A DNA stretch of 64,000 bases, taken from Actinomycetota bacterium. GTDB taxonomy: Bacteria; Actinomycetota; Thermoleophilia; Gaiellales; Gaiellaceae. Location of the stretch: NCBI GenBank assembly GCA_003139545.1, contig PLJC01000008.1, positions 22,874 to 86,873 on the forward strand, read 5' to 3'. The notes below the pieces were generated by a model. The model had not been told where the DNA came from, made no database searches, and was given only the letters and a program-made list of their open reading frames with translations. A program made the position numbers and the translations under genes. Below are positions 53,424-63,331 of this stretch, in pieces (position 1 is the stretch's first letter; each line of letters begins with the position of its first letter).

Positions 53424-53974
53424 GGGGTAATCGTAAGGCGCTCGACGTACTTGGCGATCACGTCGGCCTCGAGGTTGACCGCGTCGCCCGGCTCCAGCGC
53501 GCCGAGCGTCGTCGCCTCGAGCGTGTGCGGGACGAGTGCGACGGCGAAGCCGCCGTCGTCGAAGGCGGCGACGGTGAGCGATGTCCCGTCCACCGTGATC
53601 GAGCCTTTCTGGACGCAGTAGCGGAGGACGTCCGGCGGGGCGTCGAACCACGTGAGCCCGTCCGCGGCCCCGCGGAGCGAGCCGACGCCGTCGACATGCC
53701 CTTGCACGATGTGCCCGCCCATCGGCTCGCCGGCGCGCAGGGCAGGCTCGACGTTGACCTCGTCGCCGGCTTCCTTGCCGCCGAGCGTCGAACGCTCGAG
53801 CGTCTCGCCGACGACGTCGAACGCGAGCGGCGCAGCGGAGACGACCGTCAGGCACACCCCGGAGATCGCGACCGAGTCGCCGATGACCGCAGACGTTCCC
53901 GGCGCTTCGACGACGAGCCGAGAGCCGTCGAAGGAGACGATTCGGCCACGCTCGCGGACGATCCCAGTGAACAT
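53420..53974 (-). CDS. ribE: riboflavin synthase
   Basis: MFTGIVRERG, GDSVAISGVCLTVV, and a second repeat, GSITVDGTSLTV. Confidence 0.9.
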   Translation of the reverse strand: MFTGIVRERGRIVSFDGSRLVVEAPGTSAVIGDSVAISGVCLTVVSAAPLAFDVVGETLERSTLGGKEAGDEVNVEPALRAGEPMGGHIVQGHVDGVGSLRGAADGLTWFDAPPDVLRYCVQKGSITVDGTSLTVAAFDDGGFAVALVPHTLEATTLGALEPGDAVNLEADVIAKYVERLTITP

Positions 53975-53983
53975 GCAGACAGG

Positions 53984-54910
53984 TTACGGCTCGTGGAGGT
54001 ATCCCTCGAGCAGCACGTCCTCGCCGACCCGCCGCGCGCGCATCCCCTTGACCTCGGCCGCGACGTCGCCGACGAAGCGCGGCCCGGCGCCGGCGACGAC
54101 GGGCGCCACGAAGAGCATGAGCTTGTCCACGAGATCGGCGGCCAAGAACGCGGTCGCAAGCGTCGGCCCGCCCTCGAGCAGGAGCGACTGCACGCCGTCG
54201 GCCGCGAGCGCGTGCAGTTCGTCCTCGAGCGGGCCGCTGCGCAGCTCGAGCTCGCCGGCTTCGCCGTGCCCGAACGCGATCCGGCGCGGCTGTTTCGTGG
54301 CGCCCACGTCGCGCGCGTCGAGCCGCGGGTCGTCGGCGCGCACGGTCCCCATCCCGACGGCGACCGCGTCCACCGACGCGCGCAGCTCGTGCACGAGCCC
54401 GCGCGACTCCTCGCCCGACACCCAGCGCCGCCCGGGAACGGTGACGCGTCCGTCGAGCGTGACCGCGAGCTTCAGCGTCACGTGCGGACGGCCGAGCGCG
54501 GCCCACGTGCGCCACGCCTCGTTCTGCCGACGCGCTTCGACGCTGTCGACGACCTCGACCTCGACGCCGGCCGCGCGCAGCCGCTCGACGCCGCCGGCAG
54601 CCTTCGGGTTCGGATCGAGCGCTCCGACGACGACGCGCGCGATGCCCGCTGCAACAACCGCATCGGCGCACGGCGGCGTGCGCCCGTGATGCGTGCACGG
54701 CTCGAGGGTCACGTACAACGTCGCGCCACGTGCGCGCTCGCCCGCCTGCGCGAGCGCGACCGTCTCCGCGTGGTCGACGGCGTCGTACTCGTACCAGCCT
54801 TCGCCGACGACCTCGCCACCGGCGACGACGACCGCGCCGACGAGCGGATGGTCCCGCACCTTTCCCCGGCCGCGCTCCGCGAGCTCGAGGGCTCGCACCA
54901 TGAAGTTCAC
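53984..54910 (-). CDS. ribD: bifunctional riboflavin biosynthesis deaminase/reductase RibD
   Basis: HAETVAL, TLEPCTHHGRTPPC, and a reductase C-terminus. Start taken at GTG 54910 (GTGA overlap with the rpe stop); ATG 54901 is an alternative. Confidence 0.9.
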   Translation of the reverse strand: MNFMVRALELAERGRGKVRDHPLVGAVVVAGGEVVGEGWYEYDAVDHAETVALAQAGERARGATLYVTLEPCTHHGRTPPCADAVVAAGIARVVVGALDPNPKAAGGVERLRAAGVEVEVVDSVEARRQNEAWRTWAALGRPHVTLKLAVTLDGRVTVPGRRWVSGEESRGLVHELRASVDAVAVGMGTVRADDPRLDARDVGATKQPRRIAFGHGEAGELELRSGPLEDELHALAADGVQSLLLEGGPTLATAFLAADLVDKLMLFVAPVVAGAGPRFVGDVAAEVKGMRARRVGEDVLLEGYLHEP

Positions 54911-55584
54911 GCCAGAGCTTGTACCAGCCGCCGGTACGACCGCGGCAGGTCTTCGCGCCCGAAGATCGCACTGCCGGCGACGATAAGCGTCGCTCCGGCG
55001 TCGTAGACGGCGCGGACGTTGTCGTTGTCGATGCCGCCGTCGACCTGCACGTGCACCGACTCGGGGAGCGCTGCGCGCGTGCGCGCGATGCGCTCGAGCG
55101 AGCCCTCCATGAACTCCTGCCCGGAGTAGCCGGGGTGGATGCTCATGCACAGGACGATGTCCGCGTCGCCCGCGACTTTCGCCACGTCCTCGGGCTCCGA
55201 CTCGGGATTGAACGCGACGCCGACCTGGAGCCCGTGCTCGCGCGCGACCGCGATCGTCGCGGGAACGTCGTCGACCGCTTCGTAGTGGAACGTCACGCTG
55301 TCGCCGCCCGCCTCCGCGATCTGCGGGAAGTGCCGCACCGGGTTGTCGACCATGAGGTGGCAGTCCATCGCGCCGTCCATCGCGTGCACGACCGGCGCGA
55401 TCGAGCGCAGGACGATCGGCCCCATCGTGATCGGCTCGACGAAGTGGCCGTCGCCGACGTCGAAATGGAAGACGCGCACGCCCGTCCGCAGGAGGATCTC
55501 GACCTCGTCTCCCAGCCGCGAGAAGTCCGCCGCATAGAGCGACGGCTCGATCTCGACCGTCCGCACCCACTCCTGCCAGCCCAT
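54907..55584 (-). CDS. rpe: ribulose-phosphate 3-epimerase
   Basis: FHFDVGDGHFV, HLMV, MSIHPGYSGQEF, VDGGI. Confidence 0.95.
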   Translation of the reverse strand: MGWQEWVRTVEIEPSLYAADFSRLGDEVEILLRTGVRVFHFDVGDGHFVEPITMGPIVLRSIAPVVHAMDGAMDCHLMVDNPVRHFPQIAEAGGDSVTFHYEAVDDVPATIAVAREHGLQVGVAFNPESEPEDVAKVAGDADIVLCMSIHPGYSGQEFMEGSLERIARTRAALPESVHVQVDGGIDNDNVRAVYDAGATLIVAGSAIFGREDLPRSYRRLVQALA

Positions 55585-55594
55585 GGGGCCGACT

Positions 55595-56803
55595 CTAAGC
55601 GGTCAGGCGGGCAATGAAGAAGCCACTCGTACCGTGCTCATACGGAAGCGTCAGGAGGAACTCCGGCCGCCTGGGATGCGCGAACTGGGGCCACTCCTCC
55701 CCGAGTGGCACGACCGTGAGCCCGCTCGCCTCGACGACGGTCTCGTTCTCGTCCGCGTTCATCGTGCAGACCGAGTACACGATCGTCCCGCCGGGCCGGA
55801 CGCGCTCGGCGGCCGAGCGGAGGAGCGCGAGCTGGAGCTCGGGCAGAGGCTTGGCCCGCCAGCGCAGGTCGGGACGCGCTGCGAGCACGCCGAGGCCGGA
55901 GCACGGCGCATCGACGAGCGCCCGGTCGTATCCGGTCAGCTCCGGCGGGAGCGCGGTGGCGTCCGCCTCGACGACATGGACGTTCGTCGCGCCGAGCCGC
56001 GCCGCGTTCTCCCGGAGCTCGCTCGCACGATGCGGGTCGATCTCGACCGCGGTCACCTCGCCGCGCTGCTGCGTCGCCTTGCCGCCGGGGGCGGCGCACA
56101 GGTCGAGCACGCGCTCGCCCTCCTGCGAGCCGACGACGAGGCCCGCGAGCTGCGACCCGCGGCTCTGCGGCCAGATGCGCCCGTCGGCGACCGCCAGGTC
56201 GTCCACGCGCTCGACGCGATATGCACCCGGGATATCAGTTGGCTCTCCGGGAGGGTCGCCGTGGACGAGGCGCACGACGGTCTCGAGCGGCTCGTTCTGC
56301 GCGCGCATCAGCGCGAGCGCCTCGTCGGCGCCGAAGTCCCGGGTCCAGATCTCGGCGATCCAGTCCGGATACGACTCCTTCAGCGGGCCGTCCGGAAGGC
56401 TGTCCAGCAGCCCGCGCATGCCGGCAGTGAGGCGGCGCATGACCGCGTTCGTGAACGGAACGGCGCGTTCGAGACGGGCGCGGCGGACGAGCTCGACCGA
56501 CTCGTTCGCGGCCGCGTGCGGCGCGGTCTCGGTGTAGCCCAGCTGGTACGCGCCCAGCCGCAGCGCAGCGCGCACCGGCGGGTCGAGCTTGCGCACCGGC
56601 CGCTTACCGAGCGTCTCGATCGCATGATCGAGCGTGCGGACGCGCTGGACGGCGCCGTACGCGAGCCGCTGCGCGAACCCGCGCTCGCGCTCGTCGAGCC
56701 CCTTCGCCGCCGTGCGGAACGCGCGGTCCGCGTACGCCTCCTGTTCGAACACGCGTAAGAGGACTTCGTACGCGGCGCGCCGCGCAGGGCTAACGTCGGC
56801 CAC
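55595..56803 (-). CDS. rsmB: 16S rRNA (cytosine967-C5)-methyltransferase RsmB/Sun
   Basis: 402 aa from GTG 56803. NusB-like N-terminus, DLCAAPGGK, DAPCSGLG, YSVCT. Confidence 0.9.
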   Translation of the reverse strand: MADVSPARRAAYEVLLRVFEQEAYADRAFRTAAKGLDERERGFAQRLAYGAVQRVRTLDHAIETLGKRPVRKLDPPVRAALRLGAYQLGYTETAPHAAANESVELVRRARLERAVPFTNAVMRRLTAGMRGLLDSLPDGPLKESYPDWIAEIWTRDFGADEALALMRAQNEPLETVVRLVHGDPPGEPTDIPGAYRVERVDDLAVADGRIWPQSRGSQLAGLVVGSQEGERVLDLCAAPGGKATQQRGEVTAVEIDPHRASELRENAARLGATNVHVVEADATALPPELTGYDRALVDAPCSGLGVLAARPDLRWRAKPLPELQLALLRSAAERVRPGGTIVYSVCTMNADENETVVEASGLTVVPLGEEWPQFAHPRRPEFLLTLPYEHGTSGFFIARLTA

Positions 56804-57557
56804 GGAGATACGCCTCGTAGTCCATGCGCCGGCCGCCGGCCGGCTGGACTTCGACCGGGACGAACGCGCCGCCGTCGACGCGCGCCTTCCAGACGACGAG
56901 ATCGCCCATGCGTGCACCGATGTGCGGCGACAGCGCGTGGACGCGATTGACGAGCTCCGGCGCCGGCCGTGACGGATCGAGCTCGCGATCCGCGGCGGTG
57001 ATCTTCTCGGCGTACGTGACGCCTTGGTCCGGCTGGGGCGTGAACGCCGGATGCTCGAGGACGCCATCGAGGAGTCGCGCCGCCACCTCGGCTGCATGCG
57101 CATACACGACACCGGCGTCGTCCTCCGGCGCGATGTCGAACGCCTCTTGCGCGGCGATCGGCCCCGCGTCGAGCTCCCTCGTCGTTCGGTGGATGGTCAC
57201 GCCCGTCTGCGCGTCGCCGGCCATGATCGCGCGCTCGACCGGCGCCGCGCCGCGCCAGCGCGGCAGGAGCGAGGGGTGCACGTTCAGCCACAGCGCGCGC
57301 GACAGCAACGACTCCGGAATGAGGAGCCCGTACGCGCACACGACGACGGTGTCCGCGGCGAGCGCGTCCCGCTCGTGCACGACGGGAATGCCGAGCCGCT
57401 CCGCCGTCTCTTTCGCCGGCGACGGCGCGAGTTTCTGGCCGCGCCCGCGCGGCGCATCCGGGCGCGTCAACAGTTGCACGATCTCGTGCTTCGCGGCGAG
57501 ACGCTCGAGCACGTCCGCGCCGAAAGGCGCGGTCGCCGCGACCGCGATGCGACTCAC
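56790..57557 (-). CDS. fmt: methionyl-tRNA formyltransferase (short form)
   Basis: 255 aa from GTG 57557. NVHPSLLPRWRGAAPVERAI, TGVTI. Confidence 0.9.
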   Translation of the reverse strand: MSRIAVAATAPFGADVLERLAAKHEIVQLLTRPDAPRGRGQKLAPSPAKETAERLGIPVVHERDALAADTVVVCAYGLLIPESLLSRALWLNVHPSLLPRWRGAAPVERAIMAGDAQTGVTIHRTTRELDAGPIAAQEAFDIAPEDDAGVVYAHAAEVAARLLDGVLEHPAFTPQPDQGVTYAEKITAADRELDPSRPAPELVNRVHALSPHIGARMGDLVVWKARVDGGAFVPVEVQPAGGRRMDYEAYLRGRR

Positions 57558-58120
57558 TAGGAGATGACGATGCGCGGGCGCAGCAGCGCGAGCGCCTCGC
57601 GGCGCGCTTCCGGCGTCGTCCGGTCGATGATCAGCACGCCGTCGAGATGGTCGACCTCGTGCTGTGCCGCGCGGGCGTAGATGTCGTCCAGCTCGAACCG
57701 CACGTCCTCGCCGTTCTCGTCCTTGCCGGCAAGCGTGATGCGCATCGGCCGCTCGATCGGAACGAGCACGCCCTGGATGGAGAGGCATCCTTCCTCCGCG
57801 ACGTCGCTCTCGTCGCTGCGCTCGACGATCTCCGGATTGACCACCGCGGCGACAACGTCCTTGCTCGGCGTGAATACGAACAGGCGCTGCACCGTGCCGA
57901 CCTGGTTGGCAGCGAGTCCGATCCCGTGGGCGTCGCGCATGAGCCGCCTCATCCGCTCGACGAGGCTGCGCAGCTCGTCGTCGAAGTGCTCCACCGGCCG
58001 CGCGGCCATCTTCAGCGCGACGTCCGGGTATTGCCGGATCTGTGCGAGGGCAAGCCGACGTCGCGCCTCGTTCTCGGCGTCCAGTTCCTCCTCGACGACT
58101 TCTCCTTCGACCTTGGCCAT
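57557..58120 (-). CDS. def: peptide deformylase
   Basis: GIGLAANQVG, EGCLS, HEVDHLDG. Confidence 0.95.
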   Translation of the reverse strand: MAKVEGEVVEEELDAENEARRRLALAQIRQYPDVALKMAARPVEHFDDELRSLVERMRRLMRDAHGIGLAANQVGTVQRLFVFTPSKDVVAAVVNPEIVERSDESDVAEEGCLSIQGVLVPIERPMRITLAGKDENGEDVRFELDDIYARAAQHEVDHLDGVLIIDRTTPEARREALALLRPRIVIS

Positions 58121-58167
58121 GCAGTGGGCACACTAACGACGTGGATCCGAGCGAGTTGAAGGACGTC

Positions 58168-58689
58168 ATGAGCCAGGGTGCGATCCGTCCCGAGACGTCG
58201 CGCGACCGTGAGGAACGGCGCGTGCTCGAAGCGGATCTCGTTGAGAGCCCGGTCAAGGGAAAGCCGCTGCGACAGCGGCTGCGCAACTTCCAGCCCGACG
58301 CCGAGTCGGCCATCCGCGCACTCGGCGGGCCGCTCGTGTGGATGCGCCGGCTGCGCGCGATCGAGGACGCACTCGACCAGCACGAAAGACAACTGGACGC
58401 CGCATGGCGCGCGCTCGCCGCCGAGGTGCACGATCCGGACGAGTTCGCACGGCTCTGGCGCGAGACGGCCGCGACCTGGGACTTCACCGCGGTGAACGCG
58501 CTCATCGCGACCCACAACACGTACTTCCCGGCAGAAGCGCGGCTGCCGATGGATCCGCGCACGCGCGACTTCATCCGGATCAACGGGCACCGGTACGAGC
58601 GCGACCCGCTCGACGCCGGCTGGATCCTCGTCCACTGGCCGCCGGAGCGGTCAGAGGCTCTGCGGGTCCACGTCGACCACAACGCTTAG
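58168..58689 (+). CDS. hypothetical protein, DUF1992 (DnaJ-homolog C28)-like N-terminus
   Basis: 173 aa from ATG 58168. The ESPVKGKPL motif recalls DUF1992. The 3' end overlaps the priA 3' end (convergent genes). Confidence 0.55.
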   Translation: MSQGAIRPETSRDREERRVLEADLVESPVKGKPLRQRLRNFQPDAESAIRALGGPLVWMRRLRAIEDALDQHERQLDAAWRALAAEVHDPDEFARLWRETAATWDFTAVNALIATHNTYFPAEARLPMDPRTRDFIRINGHRYERDPLDAGWILVHWPPERSEALRVHVDHNA

Positions 58690-60558
58690 CCCCGCGCGCC
58701 GCATCGCCGGAGCCGCGGCAGATAGGAGCGCCGCAGCTCTCGCCGCGAGCGCACGCGGCCGGTCGGTCTTCGCCACGAGCTGCGCGCGGTGCTTGCCGCG
58801 CAGCCGCAGCAACGGAGCCGGGCCGAGCAGTTCGTGGCCCGTGAGGCCGGCCTTCAGCTCCTCGAGCGCGCGAATGGTGTCGTCCTGCTCCGGCCCGGTG
58901 ACGACGATGCGCACGAGGTGCGCGAACGGCGGATAGCCGAGCTCGCGCCGGCGTTCCAGCTCCTCGGTCAGGAAGCCGGACACGTCGTGCCGCGCGGCGT
59001 GCGAGATCGCGCGCGCGTCGGGCTGGAACGTCTGCACGAGCACGCGGCCCGGCGCGTCGCGGCCGCTGCGGCCGGCGAGCTGCGTCAGAAGCTGGAACGT
59101 CCGCTCCTCGGCGCGGAAGTCCGGCAAGCCGAGGCCCGTGTCGGCGTCCACGACGGCGGCGAGCTCGACGCCCGCGAAGTGATGGCCCTTCGCCACCATC
59201 TGCGTCCCGACGAGCACGGCGCGCTTCGCGCGCGCGAAACGCTCGAGCGGCTCACGCACGTCGGCGACGTCGGCGTCGAGACGGATGACCTCGAGCTCCG
59301 GCAGATGCTTCGCCAGCTCGCGCTCGAGCCGCTGTGTGCCCGCCCCGATGCGCGCGAGCTCGGCGGACCCGCACGCGGGGCACGTCTCCCCCATCGCCTC
59401 CATGCGTCCGCAGTGGTGGCAGTGCAGCGCGGCGTCGCCGTGCAGCGTGAGCGCCACGTCGCAGTTCGGGCAGCGGCGCGTCGCGCCGCACGCGCGGCAG
59501 TGCACCGCCGGCGCGATGCCGCGCCGATTCAGGAGCAGGATCGCCTTGCCGTTGCTCTCGACGATCTTGCCCAGCTCGGCCAGCAGCGGCGCCGAGAGCG
59601 GATAGCCCGCCTGCCGGCGGAGGTCGACGATACGTACCGACGGCATCGGCGCGGCGAGCCGTCCGCCGAGCTCGAGTCGCTCCAGTGATTGCCACGACTC
59701 TGGCCGCGGCGTCGCCGAGCCGAACACGGCGACCGCACCTTCGAGCGCGGCGCGCTTCGCGGCCACCGTGCGCGCGTCGTACCGCGGATCCGAGTCCTGC
59801 TTGTACGACGCGTCATGCTCCTCGTCCACGCAGATGACGCCGAGCGACGCGACCGGCGCGAAGACCGCCGAGCGCGCACCGATGACGACCGGCGCCTCGC
59901 CGGACACGATGCGTTCGCGCTCGTCGCGACGCTCCGCCTCGCTCAATCCCGAGTGCAGGACGGCGACGCGGTCGCCGAACCGCTCGCGGAAGCGTCCGAG
60001 CGCCTGCGGTGTGAGCGCGATCTCCGGCACGAGCACGATCGCGCCACGGCCCCGGCCGAGCGCGGCCTGGCATGCGCGGATGTACACCTCGGTCTTGCCG
60101 CTGCCGGTCGAGCCCCACAGGAGGACGTTGCCACCGCCGGCGTCCATCAGCGCCTCGATGCGGCCGAGCGCCGCCTCCTGCGGCGGCGACAACTGTGTCG
60201 GCGCCGCCTCGGCCTCGATCGCATGGCCGACGGTGCGCCGCTCGCCGCGTCGCTTCGGATATGACGGGGCGACGAGCCCGAGCGCGCGCGCCGGCGTCGA
60301 CCCGTAGTAGTCCGCGATCCAGAGCGCGAGATCGACGAGCGCCGGCGGCAGCGTCTCGGCGACGCGCTCGATCGCGGCGGCATCCACTCCTTCGGGACGC
60401 TCGACGTCGACCTCGGTGACGACGCCGCGACGGCGCGCGTTGCCGAAGCGCACCTCGACGACATCGCCCTTCGCGGTGTCGGCCGGAACCTCGTACGTGA
60501 ACGGCCTCGCGACGGCGCGGGCAGTGACGAGCGGGTAGACGGAGGCGTAGCGGCTCAC
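58651..60558 (-). CDS. priA: primosomal protein N' (replication restart helicase PriA)
   Basis: GSTGSGKTEVY, DEEHD, Cys4 zinc motifs CRACG...CPNC...CHHCG...CPACG. Confidence 0.95.
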   Translation of the reverse strand: MSRYASVYPLVTARAVARPFTYEVPADTAKGDVVEVRFGNARRRGVVTEVDVERPEGVDAAAIERVAETLPPALVDLALWIADYYGSTPARALGLVAPSYPKRRGERRTVGHAIEAEAAPTQLSPPQEAALGRIEALMDAGGGNVLLWGSTGSGKTEVYIRACQAALGRGRGAIVLVPEIALTPQALGRFRERFGDRVAVLHSGLSEAERRDERERIVSGEAPVVIGARSAVFAPVASLGVICVDEEHDASYKQDSDPRYDARTVAAKRAALEGAVAVFGSATPRPESWQSLERLELGGRLAAPMPSVRIVDLRRQAGYPLSAPLLAELGKIVESNGKAILLLNRRGIAPAVHCRACGATRRCPNCDVALTLHGDAALHCHHCGRMEAMGETCPACGSAELARIGAGTQRLERELAKHLPELEVIRLDADVADVREPLERFARAKRAVLVGTQMVAKGHHFAGVELAAVVDADTGLGLPDFRAEERTFQLLTQLAGRSGRDAPGRVLVQTFQPDARAISHAARHDVSGFLTEELERRRELGYPPFAHLVRIVVTGPEQDDTIRALEELKAGLTGHELLGPAPLLRLRGKHRAQLVAKTDRPRALAARAAALLSAAAPAMRRAGLSVVVDVDPQSL

Positions 60559-60588
60559 CGCTCGAGCCTAGCCGGGGGTCAGGTCGAC

Positions 60589-61431
60589 CTAGACGCCGGC
60601 GGCAGTGACGACGAAGTCCGTCGCGAAGCCGGCGAGGATCCCGGCCAGCATGAGCCACGTGATCAGCCTCGGATTGCCGTACTTGCGGTTGACCGCGAAC
60701 AGCTCCTGCACGACGTAGAGGATCGATCCGCCCGCGATGGTGAAGAAGACAACGGAGACGGCCGCGCTCGTCCACGCCTGGCCGACGACCGTGCCGAGGA
60801 ACGTCGGGACGCCGCCGATGAGGCCGAGGATCGCAAGCAGGCGCCAGCTCGGGCGGATGCCCTCGCCGGTGAGCGGCCCGCAGATGCCGAAGCCCTCGGT
60901 CGCGTTGTGCAGGCCGAAGCCGATGATGAGCGTCACCGCGAGGCTGATCTCGTTCGCCGCGGCTGCCTGGCCGATCGCGAGCCCCTCGCCGAAGTTGTGC
61001 ACGCCGATGCCGATCGAGATGAGGAACGCGAGCCGCACCGCGGGCGTCGTGAGATCGAAGTGGCCGCGATGCGCGAATTCGTCCACCGCCGCCGCTCCAG
61101 GCCCGACGAGCGACGTTGCGCGGCGGTTCGCGCGGCGCTTCATCCAGGCGTCGTAATAGACGAGGCTCATGAGGCCGGCGGTGAAGCCGGCAGCGCCGAG
61201 AGCGGCGAGTGCGCTGAACCGGCCCCAGTGGTGGGCGTGGAGCGCCGAGTCGATCGGGTCGACGGCGTTCGTGAGCACGTCCCAGAGCAAGAAGACGAGG
61301 ATTCCGGTGGCGAGAGCGGACAGGCCGGCCCGGGCGTTGGCGCTCAGGGAGCGCACGCGGCTCATCGGCAGGCCGAGGAAGATCGTCGATCCGGCGATCG
61401 CGCCGAGGAGGAGGATGTGTCCGGTGCTCAT
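60589..61431 (-). CDS. ZIP-family metal cation transporter
   Basis: 280 aa. HNFGEGLAIG and HNATEGF motifs, ~8 TM segments. Confidence 0.9.
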   Translation of the reverse strand: MSTGHILLLGAIAGSTIFLGLPMSRVRSLSANARAGLSALATGILVFLLWDVLTNAVDPIDSALHAHHWGRFSALAALGAAGFTAGLMSLVYYDAWMKRRANRRATSLVGPGAAAVDEFAHRGHFDLTTPAVRLAFLISIGIGVHNFGEGLAIGQAAAANEISLAVTLIIGFGLHNATEGFGICGPLTGEGIRPSWRLLAILGLIGGVPTFLGTVVGQAWTSAAVSVVFFTIAGGSILYVVQELFAVNRKYGNPRLITWLMLAGILAGFATDFVVTAAGV

Positions 61432-61434
61432 CGT

Positions 61435-61450
61435 GTAAGGGTCGCCTTAC
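61435..61450. promoter_or_regulatory. inverted repeat GTAAGG-GTCG-CCTTAC; candidate metalloregulator operator in the divergent ZIP / DtxR-like promoter region
   Basis: Perfect 6-4-6 palindrome 4 nt upstream of the ZIP start and 26 nt upstream of the regulator start. Confidence 0.45.
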
Positions 61451-61475
61451 AGCGACTGTCGGGCAATATAGCCAT

Positions 61476-62159
61476 ATGGCACAGGGGCATTCGGTCGACG
61501 AGTACCTGGAGACGATCTATTTCCTGGCGTTCCCGATCGGCGAGTACACGCCGCGCGGGGCCGGCTCCCCGCCCTTGGCGTCGCGCGTGGCGGAGATGCT
61601 CCACGTCTCGAGGGCGTCCGCCGGCGAGATGCTGAAGCGGCTCGAGGCCGAGGGGCTGATCGAGCGCGGGGCCCGCAAGGAGGCGCTCCTCACCGACACG
61701 GGGCGCGAGCGCGCGGAGCGTGTCGTCCGCAAGCATCGCATCATCGAGCGGCTCCTCACCGACTTCATGGGCTACACCGGCTACGAGGCGCACGAGCGCG
61801 CGGACGAGCTCGGCGACACGTTCGACGACGAGATGGTCGCGCGCATCGACGAGAAGCTCGGCCACCCGGAACGCTGCCCGCACGGCTGGCCGGTCGACCC
61901 CCAGGTGGAGCAGGCCGAGAATCTGGAGCTCGCGCCGCTCGCGGCGCTCGAGCCCGGGACGAAGGCGACGATCGTCCGGCTCGCGGAGCACGACGGCGTG
62001 CTCCTGCACTGGTTCTACGACCAGGGCCTCGTGCCCGGGACGAGCATCGTCGTGCGCGCGACGCAACCGGCCGCCGACGAGGTCACGATCGGACTGAACG
62101 GCGGCGAGCGCTCGATCTCCGTGAAGGCCGCCGCCGGATTGTTCGTCAAGCCGGCGTAA
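61476..62159 (+). CDS. DtxR/IdeR/MntR-family metal-dependent transcriptional regulator with an FeoA/SH3-like C-terminal domain
   Basis: EYLETIY, VSRASAGEMLKRLEAEGLI, RKHRIIERLL, HPERCPHG. Confidence 0.9.
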   Translation: MAQGHSVDEYLETIYFLAFPIGEYTPRGAGSPPLASRVAEMLHVSRASAGEMLKRLEAEGLIERGARKEALLTDTGRERAERVVRKHRIIERLLTDFMGYTGYEAHERADELGDTFDDEMVARIDEKLGHPERCPHGWPVDPQVEQAENLELAPLAALEPGTKATIVRLAEHDGVLLHWFYDQGLVPGTSIVVRATQPAADEVTIGLNGGERSISVKAAAGLFVKPA

Positions 62160-62182
62160 CGACTTCCCGACGATCTCGTTAC

Positions 62183-62195
62183 GGGGAGTGTCCCC
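62183..62195. repeat. GGGGAGTGTCCCC hairpin motif, copy 1
   Basis: 5-bp stem GGGGA/TCCCC with loop GTG. An identical copy lies at 62250-62262, in the convergent intergenic region. Confidence 0.6.
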
Positions 62196-62249
62196 ATGAC
62201 GAGGTCGTGCGGAATACGTCTGAAGCCTCGGGGCACGCGGTCCCGCGAT

Positions 62250-62262
62250 GGGGAGTGTCCCC
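62250..62262. repeat. GGGGAGTGTCCCC hairpin motif, copy 2
   Basis: Identical 13-mer, 67 nt downstream of copy 1. Confidence 0.6.
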
Positions 62263-62266
62263 GTGG

Positions 62267-63331
62267 TCAGCCGGTGAGGCCGCGGCGGGCGAGCTCGGCC
62301 GTCGCCTCGTCCACGCGGTCGACGGCGGTCTGGCCTGCGAGCCACTCCGCTAGCTCGGCGATGCCGGCCTCGAGCGGCACCTCGGGCTCGAAGCCGAGCG
62401 CCTCGCGCGCGAGGCTCACGTCGGCGAAGCAGTGTCTGATGTCGCCGACGCGGAACTCGCCGGTCACCTCCGGCGCGATTTGCTTGCCGAGCGTGCGCGC
62501 GAGCAGCTCACCGAGCGCCTTCACCGTGATGCTCTCGCCGCTCCCGATGTTCACCGCCAGCCCGTCCGCGCCGTCGCGCTCGACCGCGAGCACGAACGCG
62601 CGCGCGATGTCGTGCACCGAGACGAAGTCGCGCCGCTGCTCGCCGTCCTCGAAGATGCGGGGCGCGCGGTCGTTCAGCAGCCGCGCAGCGAAGATCGCGA
62701 GCACGCCCGTGTACGGATTCGACAACGCCTGACCCGGGCCGTAGACGTTGAACAACCGCAGCGCCACCGTCGGGATGCCGTACGCGGCGCCGGCGACGAG
62801 GCACGCGCGCTCCTGGTCGTACTTCGTCAGCGCATAGATGGAGCTGAGCGCAGGCCGCTTCGTCTCCGGCGTCGGCAGCGGCTCCAGCCCCGGGAAGTCC
62901 CACTCGTGCCGCTCGAGCTGCTCACGCGTGCGTTCGCCCGGATCGCCGCCGCGGTACAGCCCTTCGCCGTAGATGCTCATGCTCGACGCGACGACGAGCT
63001 TCCGCACCGGCTTCTCCGCGAGCGCCTCCAGCAACACCGCCGTGCCGAGCGAGTTCGCCGACGTGTACTCCGCCATCTCGTACATCGACTGCCCGACGCC
63101 GACACGCGCTGCCAGATGGACGACCGCATCCACTCCTTCGAGGGCGCCCCTGACGACCTCCGGATCCCGGACGTCGCCGACGATGTCGGGCTCGACGCCG
63201 GCCGCGCCCTCGTGCACCTGCGGGACGAGGCTGTCGAGCACACGGACGCGATCTCCCCTCGCGCGCAACTCGTCGGCGAGGTGCGAGCCGATGAAGCCGG
63301 CGCCGCCGGTTATGAGGACGTGCTCAGACAG
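62267..63331 (-). CDS. NAD-dependent epimerase/dehydratase (start codon uncertain)
   Basis: [14 protein letters not shown] Rossmann motif, YALTKY catalytic motif. There is no ATG/GTG/TTG between the Rossmann motif and a start 140 codons upstream inside metK. CTG 63331 is taken provisionally. Confidence 0.8.
   Translation of the reverse strand: MSEHVLITGGAGFIGSHLADELRARGDRVRVLDSLVPQVHEGAAGVEPDIVGDVRDPEVVRGALEGVDAVVHLAARVGVGQSMYEMAEYTSANSLGTAVLLEALAEKPVRKLVVASSMSIYGEGLYRGGDPGERTREQLERHEWDFPGLEPLPTPETKRPALSSIYALTKYDQERACLVAGAAYGIPTVALRLFNVYGPGQALSNPYTGVLAIFAARLLNDRAPRIFEDGEQRRDFVSVHDIARAFVLAVERDGADGLAVNIGSGESITVKALGELLARTLGKQIAPEVTGEFRVGDIRHCFADVSLAREALGFEPEVPLEAGIAELAEWLAGQTAVDRVDEATAELARRGLTG

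Noticed and set aside
52197-54971. 924-aa ORF spanning the riboflavin operon
   Set aside because: The last 408 aa are RibBA. The upstream part is an Arg-rich alternative frame overlapping ribE/ribD, which have their own clear frames.
56790-58682. 630-aa ORF covering fmt and the region antisense to def
   Set aside because: Only the C-terminal 255 aa match Fmt. def occupies its own frame at 57557-58120 and a plus-strand gene lies at 58168-58689.
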